Below are positions 19,350 to 28,879 of a DNA stretch of 64,000 nucleotides, piece after piece. The position numbers and the translations under genes are program-made. The stretch's first letter is position 1, and every line of letters starts with the position of its first letter. The notes under the pieces are model-generated. The model was given only the letters and a program-made list of their open reading frames with translations. It was not told the DNA's origin and ran no database searches. The DNA is from Candidatus Omnitrophota bacterium (GTDB lineage Bacteria > Omnitrophota > Gorgyraeia > Velamenicoccales > Velamenicoccaceae). The stretch lies in the NCBI GenBank assembly GCA_020052645.1, contig JAGVOQ010000011.1:40890-104889 (forward strand), given 5' to 3'.

Positions 19350-19921
19350 TTTGCATCCTCCTTCTCTAAAACAATTCCAAAGTGATATGGTTTAAGATCG
19401 TATTGAATTGGTTTGTGAAACCCCGCGCTTTGGGCCCATTGAATACATTGTTCCGGCTTTGGCCTTATATCCATCGAAGGCCCGCGAGGCGTCTTTGAAT
19501 CATAATTCCAGTGCATGATTCCAAGCTTTCCGGCTTTCTTCAAGATTCTTTGTGCCTCGCCAAGCAGAACCTTCGGATTTTCAAGATGAAGGATATTAAA
19601 AAGCATTACATAATCCATGCTTTCATCTTTAAGTCCTGACCCATCGGCCATAAAATCGCGCTGTATGGCTTCCACATTAGTCAAACCTTGCTTCTTCGCT
19701 TCCTTCCTGGTTAGGCGGATCATATCGGATTCGATATCAAACGTATAGATTTTGCGCTTTATTATTTTGGCAGCGGGAATAGTAAAAGTACCGTAACCGC
19801 AGCCAAATTCCGCCACATCATTGATCTGGTTATCTAAGCCAAGCGTGGCTAAAAGCTTCTTGGGGTTAAAGAACTTCTCCCACGTTTCCAGACTCGGCAT
19901 GCCGCTTTCGCGTATTTTCAT
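19346..19921 (-). CDS. class I SAM-dependent methyltransferase
   Basis: VAEFGCGYGTF motif I. Trimmed to Met51, whose ATG at 19921 lies 1 nt after the arsR stop. Confidence 0.75.
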   Translation of the reverse strand: MKIRESGMPSLETWEKFFNPKKLLATLGLDNQINDVAEFGCGYGTFTIPAAKIIKRKIYTFDIESDMIRLTRKEAKKQGLTNVEAIQRDFMADGSGLKDESMDYVMLFNILHLENPKVLLGEAQRILKKAGKLGIMHWNYDSKTPRGPSMDIRPKPEQCIQWAQSAGFHKPIQYDLKPYHFGIVLEKEDAK

Positions 19922-19922
19922 A

Positions 19923-20252
19923 TTATTTCCTGATGCGTATTTTTTGGGATAGCTTTTCCGCCCGAGACAGCCTTTCAAGAAGCATCTCTCTGATAATATC
20001 AAACGCCTTGCTGATCTTGGGATTCGAGAGAGAATAATAAATCGTAACACCATCCCGGCGAGTGTTAACAATGCCTTTCTCGCGCAAAATGCTCAAATGC
20101 TGCGAAAGATTCGCCTGTTTGATATCAAGGCCTTTTGCCAACTGGCCCACCGAAAGCTCCTTTCCTCTCAAGAGGTTCAAAATCTCCAGCCGCTTGGCAG
20201 AGGTGAAAATCCGGCACATCTGAGCATGCATTTCGTAAAGTCTCTTATCCAT
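19923..20252 (-). CDS. arsR: ArsR/SmtB-family transcriptional repressor
   Basis: RLEILNLLRGKELSVGQLAKGLDIKQANLSQHLSILREKGIV, a winged HTH. Confidence 0.85.
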   Translation of the reverse strand: MDKRLYEMHAQMCRIFTSAKRLEILNLLRGKELSVGQLAKGLDIKQANLSQHLSILREKGIVNTRRDGVTIYYSLSNPKISKAFDIIREMLLERLSRAEKLSQKIRIRK

Positions 20253-20272
20253 AATCCCTCCATTAATTCATT

Positions 20273-20284
20273 ATATTCGAATAT
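20273..20284. promoter_or_regulatory. 12-bp palindrome upstream of arsR, candidate operator
   Basis: ATATTCGAATAT, about 20 nt upstream of the arsR ATG and overlapping TATAAT-like sequence on the minus strand. Confidence 0.35.
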
Positions 20285-20348
20285 TAGCATATAATAGACT
20301 TCCCGTCAAACCTTTCTCTTATCTCTCGAACTACACCGAAATTCCTAA

Positions 20349-20486
20349 GCCCTTCCTTTATGAGGAATCAGGAAGGCATGCCCTTTCTGTGCTAGGCCCT
20401 CCTCTAATAAGGAATTCGGAGGTCTGTCCCTTGTGGACTAGACCCTCCTCTATGAGGAATACGGAGGTCTGTCCCTTGTGGACTAG
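20349..20486. repeat. three tandem 45-47-bp units
   Basis: Units at 20349-20395, 20396-20441 and 20442-20486. Each has a CCTYC...GGARG hairpin followed by ...CCCTTGTGGACTAG. Confidence 0.85.
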
Positions 20487-20734
20487 TTAATGCCAAACAT
20501 ATGCCTCAATTAATGGCGATTACCGTCGATAATTCTATTAACTAGGAACCATAAACTAAGCGCGAATTCAGCGATAAAACGATGGTTTGGCGAGACTTAT
20601 TGGTCTAGATTTTACGATCTTAGAGTTTCAAATCGTCTGGTTGGTCGACTCGTCAAAAGCCCTCGTCGACACTGCCCTGAATACAAAAAAGCCAACCTCA
20701 GAGAATAGAGATTGGCTTTTTTGCCACATTAAAG

Positions 20735-20811
<77 letters not shown>

Positions 20812-20873
20812 ATCATATCTTTTTAAAAAATTTTTTATCTTTGTTACTCAATAAAACGTACACAAAGAACATT

Positions 20874-20974
20874 GGCTGCTCCATCACGTAAAATGGCCTA
20901 TCGGCCATCACGTGATAGACACGTGGATGCTAAAGGCATCTTTACGTGCCACCCCGCGATCATATCTTTTTAAT
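20874..20974 (-). pseudogene. duplicate of the tRNA-fMet promoter-proximal region plus tRNA bases 1-17, interrupted by a 65-nt insert
   Basis: GGCTGCTCCA[65 nt]CCACCCCGCGATCATATCTTTTTAA matches 20795-20829. CCA is duplicated at both insert ends. Confidence 0.75.
20884..20948. mobile_element. 65-nt MITE-like insert with 8-bp terminal inverted repeats
   Basis: CACGTAAA...TTTACGTG termini, with internal hairpins ATGGCC-tatc-GGCCAT and GATGC-taaag-GCATC. Flanked by a CCA/CCA duplication. Confidence 0.5.
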
Positions 20975-21033
20975 CTATGGTCTATGGTCAATAGTCTATC
21001 AGTAAAACAAAAGAAATAAAATCTAATAAAATG

Positions 21034-21357
21034 CTACTGTTTCTTTGTCGTATTTGCGAACGTTGCGTTCTCTGTGTTTAACGCAGCCGGCACTTCTTCA
21101 CCCTCCCGAATGATCTTAATAACCGTCTCGCCTTTTTTAACTACGCCCATTTTTTCACGCGCAACGATTTCCAGATATTCCTGATTTTTCATCTGGGAGA
21201 GCTTCTGCTCCAAGGCTCCAATATCATTCAACGCCTTCTTCACCCCGATTTCGGTTTCGCTTAATTTTTGCTTCAACTCCTGAAGCTTGGCGAATCCAGG
21301 CAAATAGACGAGAATAAGTATTATTATAATAATGAAGAACCTGAACTTTTGCAACAT
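21034..21357 (-). CDS. ftsB: septum formation initiator FtsB/DivIC-like
   Basis: N-terminal TM segment plus a coiled coil, and the conserved eno-ftsB gene order. Confidence 0.65.
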   Translation of the reverse strand: MLQKFRFFIIIIILILVYLPGFAKLQELKQKLSETEIGVKKALNDIGALEQKLSQMKNQEYLEIVAREKMGVVKKGETVIKIIREGEEVPAALNTENATFANTTKKQ

Positions 21358-21406
21358 ATATATTAAAACTAAGTAACGCTAATAATCACGAATCCAACGC
21401 GAACGG

Positions 21407-21424
21407 TCGCGAATTAATTCGCGA
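21407..21424. repeat. perfect 18-bp palindrome in the eno-ftsB spacer
   Basis: TCGCGAATT|AATTCGCGA, surrounded by further CGCGAA/TTCGCG copies. Confidence 0.8.
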
Positions 21425-21465
21425 AAATTTGCGTGTAATTAGCGTAAATTCGCGTTAATAAGAAC

Positions 21466-22821
<1,356 letters not shown>

Positions 22822-22903
22822 TTAGAAAAATACGGAGCAATGTTATATATTTTCTTAGACCCGTCCCTTGTATGGAATGGGTTAGGTCTACCCTTCCTGA
22901 ATG

Positions 22904-22978
22904 AACTCCACAGCTTATGCAGTAAATTTTCTGCCCACATATGCTGGTAAGAAAATTTACAAATGCTTAAGCAAGGAG
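22904..22978 (+). repeat. E-family element, intact copy
   Basis: AACTCCacAGCttatGCAGTAAATTTTCTgcccacatatgctggtaAGAAAATTTACAAatgcttaAGCAAGGAG. Confidence 0.7.
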
Positions 22979-23103
22979 TTTCCTTTAATAAAATTATTTC
23001 CCTTTAAGATAATAGAGGTTATCACAAGGGTCATATCCCGTCAAGTGAATAAATCCCTTAAAAATCCCCCTAAAACCCTCTTCATTGACAGTGCGCCCCT
23101 TTT

Positions 23104-24759
23104 ATGATATGGTTTTATACTATGAAACTCGATAAACTCATTATTCGCAAATTCATCTCATTCCTCAAAGACCACTGGATCGCCCTTCTGATCGCCGTTG
23201 TTATGATCGCTTTGATCATCCTGACCGTCGTGGGCCTCATGGGGATGGAGTCTTTTTACCGCAAAATGCAGCTGGCGCAAATGCCGGCCCAATTTTTGTT
23301 TTACATCATAGGCTCAGCCATTGCGGCGGTTATCTATGTGTCTTTCATGTTCGGCCGTTTCGGACAAATTGACAAAAAAAAGATCAGAGGAACAGGCGTC
23401 AATGTTAAATTTTCCGATGTGCTCGGGATCAATGAAGCCAAAGAAGAAGCCTTGGAAGTCGTTAATCTCTTAAAAGATCACACCTCCGTTAGAAAAATCG
23501 GCGGAAAAATTATTAAAGGGCTGTTGATGGTCGGGCCCCCTGGCTGCGGCAAGACGTATCTAGCAAAGGCCATCGCCACTGAAGCAGGCCTCCCCTTTTT
23601 ATCTTTATCAGCTTCGGAATTTACGGAAATTTTTGTTGGTGTCGGTGCCAAGCGCGTACGCAAACTTTTTAAACAAGCCCGACGACTCTCCTATGCCTCA
23701 GGCGGAGCGATCATTTTCATCGACGAAATCGATGCCATCGGCCGCACACGAACGTTCAGCTTTATGAGCGGTCAAGAAACAAATACAACCCTAAACCAAC
23801 TCCTGGTCGAAATGGATGGATTGCAGGATGAGAAAGAAAATGTTGTCGTCATCGGCGCCACGAACTCTCCCGAGGAAATTTTAGACCCAGCGCTCTTGCG
23901 CCCAGGCCGTTTTGACAGAAAAATTTATGTCGAAAAACCGACCTTAGAAGGCCGAGAAGAACTTTTTAAATTTTACTTAAGCAAAGTCAGCTACGACGCG
24001 TCTATTAATGTCGGCCGGCTCGCCCGTAAGGCGGTCTACAAAACACCGGCAGAAATAGAAAATATCGTCAAAGAAGCCTCTCTCATTTGTCTGCGCAACA
24101 AACATGATACTATCTCATACAAAGACCTTACCGAAGCCATGGAACGCGTGGACCTCGGCATCAAACACCGCAAGCACATGACGCCGGATGAGCGTAAATT
24201 GATCGCCTATCATGAAGCCGGGCACCTCATCACTCTCTATCTCCTGCATCCCACGGACGACGTTTTTAAGGCTTCCATCATTGCACGACGCGGCGCGTTA
24301 GGCATGGTCCACCATCAACCGCGCGAAGAGATTTTTACTTCAAACAGAGAACGCCTGCTCGCTAATGTCAAAGTCGCCCTTTCAGGCTATATCGCAGAAA
24401 AAATCAAATTCAATACCACCTCAGACGGCGTCGCTTCTGATTTTAACAACGCCACACAACTGGCGCATCTTATGATCTGGCGCCTAGGCATGGGGCCAAA
24501 ACATTTAGGCGACTTCTACGCGATCCCGGATAAAAATTTATCAGAAAAAATAAAAGAAGAATTGAACGAAGAAACCGAACAGCTTATGCAAGGGGCCTTA
24601 AAAGATACAGAGGCGCTTTTAAGACAAGAAATAGTTTTGTTAGACCGCTTTGCCAACGAACTCTTAACAAAAGAAGAACTGGAATACGATGAAATCGATG
24701 CCATCTTTAAAGAATACAACAAGTCCAAATTCGATCCTGCAAAAAATCTGTTACTTTAA
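23104..24759 (+). CDS. ftsH: FtsH-family AAA+ zinc metalloprotease (short paralogue)
   Basis: Two TM segments, [43 protein letters not shown] and HEAGH. The start may be ATG 23122. Confidence 0.85.
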   Translation: [551 protein letters not shown]

Positions 24760-25615
24760 AACAATCTCCTTAAAATCAATCTTTTCTTTTTTATTGCTCA
24801 CTCTTTTAGGAATTGTCTTTAGTTCCTGCGAACCCTCTTTCCCGGCAAAAACACTCTCGTCTCAGTTAACAAAACTTGTCAAAGAAGAACAGTCCATTGA
24901 TATCACCTGCCATATCAGTGGCAAAACTCTTTGGGTGTATGTCCCCTTGACCGACCTGGTCAAAGAAGAAGAACTTTCCTGGAACGAAGCAGGCGCTGAA
25001 AAAATGAACAAAGTCCTCTCCTGCATCCACCGTGTCCTCTTAAGCACAGATGCACAACTGAATTTTGCCGTGATGACCGCCGCTGACGTCAAGCACTATG
25101 GAGTTCAATTGATCACCATTGAATACATCCCGGATCTCAGGCAGGCGATTTTGGAAAATTTTTCAAGAGGGGAATTTTTTGAACGCAGCGTCAAAGACAT
25201 TCAGGTTGACCCAAAAGTTGTCAATGACTTAACAGGTGCAACAAGAAAATACTTCGACCTCTCTTTTAATGAATTCATCGCCTTCCAAGTCATTCACCGC
25301 GCCAAAAGCCTTTTTCTCAAAGATAAGACTTTGAGTAAACTCTTTGAGCTGAAATCAACGACTCAAAACATAAAATTCGGCATCATCAAGCTTGAATTTG
25401 AATTTGTTAAAAAGAAATACGGCGCGGGGGCGGAATTAGAAGCAATAAAACCTTTGGATTATGTTCAAATGATCACAGCCCTGGTCGTCAAAAATTACGA
25501 CACAAAAGATTTCCAAGCGATACAGATCACCGACACATTCAGCGATGAAAGCCGCAAACTATCCTTCGAAGATCTTAAAAAAACAAAAATCAAGCTCCCG
25601 GAATTCCTCGATTAA
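24689..25615 (+). CDS. lipoprotein, hypothetical
   Basis: Lipobox LLGIVFSSC. The annotated ATG overlaps the ftsH end by 71 nt, so the true start is uncertain. Confidence 0.45.
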   Translation: MKSMPSLKNTTSPNSILQKICYFKTISLKSIFSFLLLTLLGIVFSSCEPSFPAKTLSSQLTKLVKEEQSIDITCHISGKTLWVYVPLTDLVKEEELSWNEAGAEKMNKVLSCIHRVLLSTDAQLNFAVMTAADVKHYGVQLITIEYIPDLRQAILENFSRGEFFERSVKDIQVDPKVVNDLTGATRKYFDLSFNEFIAFQVIHRAKSLFLKDKTLSKLFELKSTTQNIKFGIIKLEFEFVKKKYGAGAELEAIKPLDYVQMITALVVKNYDTKDFQAIQITDTFSDESRKLSFEDLKKTKIKLPEFLD

Positions 25616-25684
25616 ATTTCTACGGGATATCATTCTAGACTTTATCCTTAGGGTTAAAAAGCCTTGAAGGATTTCGCGCTTCGA

Positions 25685-25753
25685 AGTGAAGTTCCTTAGG
25701 ACTTTAAGTCCTAAGGCTTCCTCCTTTAGCAGAAAATGCATAACACCATTCAT
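25685..25753. repeat. 69-bp dispersed repeat, copy A
   Basis: AGTGAAGTTCCTTAGGACTTTAAGTCCTAAGGCTTCCTCCTTTAGCAGAAAATGCAtAACACCATTCAT. It differs at 1 position from 55137-55205. Confidence 0.9.
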
Positions 25754-25790
25754 CCCAAGGGTTAAAGCCCAAAGATTTCTGCGGAGGATT

Positions 25791-25822
25791 AAAAAAGGCC
25801 GTCCCAGAAACGGAAACGGCCT
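25791..25822 (-). terminator. intrinsic terminator downstream of purN
   Basis: GGCCGT-13 nt-ACGGCC, followed on the minus strand by TTTTTT. Confidence 0.5.
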
Positions 25823-25854
25823 GAAAAAACTTTTTCAAAACTTTCTTTAAAACA

Positions 25855-26469
25855 TCACCGAATCTTTGCCCTTAGGACGACGCGCCTTCCCCGAATCGAA
25901 AACCTGTTATCACAAACTTTCTGAATCGCCTCTGAATATATCCCATGCTCAACCTTATGGATTCTTTTCTCGAGCTGAGACATGGTCTCATGATCGCCGA
26001 CACTAACAACCTCCTGCATAATAATCGGGCCATTGTCAATTTTCTCATCAACAAAATGAACCGTCACGCCCGTCACTTTGGCCCCGTATTCATAGGCGTC
26101 ATGAATCGCATGCGCCCCTTTAAAAGCAGGCAAAAGGGCCGGATGAATATTTAAGATCCTATTTTTATATTTTTTTAAAAAAACCGGCCCCAGAATACGC
26201 ATGAAACCCGCCAGAACAATAAAGTCAATTTTCTCATCTTCTAGTAAAGAGATGAGATGGTGTTCGTAATCATTTTTATGGGTAAATTTTTTTGGGTCAA
26301 CAAAAAAAGCAGGGATCCCTGCTTTTTTGGCACGCCTTAAAGCAAAGGCTGAACTCTTATCGCTCAACACAAGCTTTAAATTCACGCGCAAGGTTCCTTT
26401 GGCGATACGATTAATCATCGCCTGGAGATTTGTCCCGTATCCTGAAACGAAAACAGCTATATTTTTCAT
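25855..26469 (-). CDS. purN: phosphoribosylglycinamide formyltransferase
   Basis: VFVSGYGTNLQA, NIHPALLPAFKG and the VHFVDEKIDNGPII motifs. Confidence 0.9.
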   Translation of the reverse strand: MKNIAVFVSGYGTNLQAMINRIAKGTLRVNLKLVLSDKSSAFALRRAKKAGIPAFFVDPKKFTHKNDYEHHLISLLEDEKIDFIVLAGFMRILGPVFLKKYKNRILNIHPALLPAFKGAHAIHDAYEYGAKVTGVTVHFVDEKIDNGPIIMQEVVSVGDHETMSQLEKRIHKVEHGIYSEAIQKVCDNRFSIRGRRVVLRAKIR

Positions 26470-26542
26470 AGAGTTTTTTAGTTTAGAGGCTCAACCATAA
26501 ATATTTTAGCACACGAAAGCAAACCTTGCTCTAATTCATTAC

Positions 26543-26664
26543 TTTACCCCGTTAGAGAAAGCCGCCGACTTTAGTCGGCGGTTATCCAGCTGTAAAGCTG
26601 ACGGTGGCCTAAGACATCAGTTAAGCGCAGACCGTTAGAAAACATAGTTCTCTAACGGGATTTA
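26543..26664. repeat. compound, expanded P element copy 3, flanked by TTTA
   Basis: TTTA-CCCCGTTAGAGAA, then a 70-nt insert with hairpins. Next comes a degenerate full palindrome, CCGTTAGAAAAC-ata-GTTCTCTAACGGG, then a-TTTA. The right TTTA contains the stop codon of the 26662 gene. Confidence 0.7.
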
Positions 26665-27216
26665 CTTCACTTTTGATAAAATCTCTTGAGCGCGTTCAGA
26701 AATTGAATCGATCACTGCCCGGGAAGTAGCGGTCGCGCCTGTAACAGCATCGATAGAAGAATTCAACCCGTTTACCGTCTTGCCTCTGAACTGATCTTGA
26801 AACCAAAAACGCCCAGCCGAAACATTCAAAGCCTTCTCATCATCTACAACCCTACTGCCGATCCCGTATGTTTCTTTTTGCGAAAGGATTTTAATACGTG
26901 TGATAACTCCGGAAGAGGTCATTCCCACCAGCGTCACGATATCACTGACATATCCCCATTTCTTAACCTGAAAAACATACCCTAAAAGTCTTTTCTCCCG
27001 GCTCAAAACCCGATAGTACGATAAAATATCCTTTTCAAAAACAGGCTCGAAAATAACACCATTTGGAAAAACTTCTTTAAAAAACTCCTGCTCCTTAAAA
27101 CTCTTAGAAACGGCATCCTCGGAAGAACCCAGCCGCTGAACAAAACTTAAAAATAAAGCAATAGCACAAAGAACGATACCGCAGCCGATCAAAATTTTTA
27201 TGAGTTTACTATTCAT
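26662..27216 (-). CDS. membrane-anchored FMN-binding domain protein
   Basis: N-terminal TM segment plus the IDAVTGATATSRAV FMN_bind motif (RnfG/NosR type). Confidence 0.65.
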   Translation of the reverse strand: MNSKLIKILIGCGIVLCAIALFLSFVQRLGSSEDAVSKSFKEQEFFKEVFPNGVIFEPVFEKDILSYYRVLSREKRLLGYVFQVKKWGYVSDIVTLVGMTSSGVITRIKILSQKETYGIGSRVVDDEKALNVSAGRFWFQDQFRGKTVNGLNSSIDAVTGATATSRAVIDSISERAQEILSKVK

Positions 27217-27247
27217 ACGCGACTCCGATTTTTATCGCTAGATTTTT

Positions 27248-28531
27248 TTAACCGTTCGATAAAATCTTACCTGTCGCCAAAGGAGTATTTCTGGTCTTTA
27301 AAAATCCAATAAAACCGCTTAAGACAAGCAAAGAACTGACTGTCAAAAGAATAACATGATGGCCGATGCGATCTGCCAAAGAAGCAGAGACAAGCATGGC
27401 TATTAAAAAACCAAAATGGACGATGATCTCCAAAGAACTGAAAATCTTGCCCCGCATCGAATTGTCCGTCAACTGATGCACCATGGTCGTAGAAATAACC
27501 ATACTGGGCGAAATAACAAAACCCAGCAAAAAAGCCAGCCCCATCGCAAGAAAAAGATTAGGTATTTTCATGACGGCTATGACAAAAGAAGCCAAAGCCA
27601 AGCCCGCTAAAAAAATACAGGTAAAAATCGTTCTGACCCCTGAGCCTTTTTGACCGAATCTTCCATAAGCAAGTGTTCCTAAAAAAAGCCCGATACCTAA
27701 AGCCACCACGATCAACCCCACTTCTTTGGTAACAGAAGAAAAAATCTTTTGGATAAAAACAACGACCGTGACATAGACAGCCCCCAGGGCAGCCCATAAA
27801 AGAAAAAGCAGACCAAAACAAGCCCTCAATTGTTTCTGATTTTTTAAAAAAATGACCGCATCTTTCATTTCGTTAAAGACAGATTTTCGGATAACTTCGG
27901 CAATTTCTTTGCCCACATCGATCAGACGCTCATGTTTTAGTTCCTTCATCAGTTTTGTACTTAAAAAGAAAACCAACATACCTGAAACAAGGAAGCTGAT
28001 GCCATCGATCACAAAGCCGCCTTCTACACCCACCATGCCAACTAAAATGCCGCCCAAGCCCAAACCAAGCATGGCCGCCACCATCCCAGTCGTATTGACT
28101 AAGGAATTAGCCAAAAGAAGATCATCGCTTTTAACGAGATCGGGAATGATAGACATTTTTGCTGGCACATAAAACCGACCGATGGAAAAAACAAGAAAAA
28201 CAATTATGTAGATAGGCAACAGTGAATGCATACGCATGAAGAACAAAGGAATGAGAAGAATGAGAATGCCTCGGAGAATATCACAAACCACCATGGTGCG
28301 CCGCCTGTCCCACCGATCCACATAAACACCGGCAACAGGGCCTATAAGAAAAACAGGAAGGATTGTAAAACTCATGACCTTGGCCATCTGGACGGTTGAA
28401 CCAGGGGCAAATTTATAGATGAGCGCGATCAAGGCCATCTGATCAAGCCTATCGCCGAATTGCGATATGATCTGTCCTACCCAAAGGAGTGAAAAATTAC
28501 GATTGCGTATGATATTCCTGAACCGTCCCAT
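27248..28531 (-). CDS. MFS transporter
   Basis: 12 TM segments and the VDRWDRRRTMV loop 2-3 motif. Confidence 0.8.
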   Translation of the reverse strand: MGRFRNIIRNRNFSLLWVGQIISQFGDRLDQMALIALIYKFAPGSTVQMAKVMSFTILPVFLIGPVAGVYVDRWDRRRTMVVCDILRGILILLIPLFFMRMHSLLPIYIIVFLVFSIGRFYVPAKMSIIPDLVKSDDLLLANSLVNTTGMVAAMLGLGLGGILVGMVGVEGGFVIDGISFLVSGMLVFFLSTKLMKELKHERLIDVGKEIAEVIRKSVFNEMKDAVIFLKNQKQLRACFGLLFLLWAALGAVYVTVVVFIQKIFSSVTKEVGLIVVALGIGLFLGTLAYGRFGQKGSGVRTIFTCIFLAGLALASFVIAVMKIPNLFLAMGLAFLLGFVISPSMVISTTMVHQLTDNSMRGKIFSSLEIIVHFGFLIAMLVSASLADRIGHHVILLTVSSLLVLSGFIGFLKTRNTPLATGKILSNG

Positions 28532-28649
28532 AAGATAAAGAGGCTAGCTGTCTAACTAAAAATCCCCCGCCTCGGGAAAAAAATTTACCTTCGGCAGGAT
28601 TTCGTTAAATGCGCCGATAGCTGCACTTCAGCGCATATTGAGTTCAATA

Positions 28650-28722
28650 AGCCGATGAGTGGAATCGAACCACCGACCCACGCTTTACGAAAGCGTTGCT
28701 CTACCAACTGAGCTACATCGGC
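28650..28722 (-). tRNA. tRNA-Thr (CGT)
   Basis: The reverse complement reads GCCGATGTAGCTCAGTTGGTAGAGCAACGCTTTCGTAAAGCGTGGGTCGGTGGTTCGATTCCACTCATCGGCT. CCA is not encoded. Confidence 0.88.
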
Positions 28723-28819
28723 ATAAAATCGTTTTAATTACTAATCCTGGACGCGCTTAAAAAGCTCGGTCCTTCGACGCGTTCGCCTCTTCGAGGCTCT
28801 CTTGCTCAGGATGTTTCGA

Positions 28820-28879
28820 CTTGTGGTGAGCCTGTCGAACCACTTGTGGTGAGCCTGTCGAACCACTACATCGGCATAA
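28820..28879. repeat. 23-bp tandem duplication ending in a collapsed tRNA-Thr scar
   Basis: CTTGTGGTGAGCCTGTCGAACCA appears twice (28820-28842 and 28843-28865). Then TCGAACCAC|CTACATCGGCATAA joins the tRNA T-arm 3' piece to the 5' acceptor and upstream flank. Confidence 0.7.

Noticed and set aside
20349-20486. possible CRISPR array
   Set aside because: The units are directly adjacent with no unique spacers and there are only 3 copies. No cas genes are in the window.
23085-23124. leaderless ftsH mRNA from TTGACA-17-TATGGT
   Set aside because: The -10 element is weak and two in-frame ATGs (23104, 23122) are possible. There is not enough evidence without transcript mapping.
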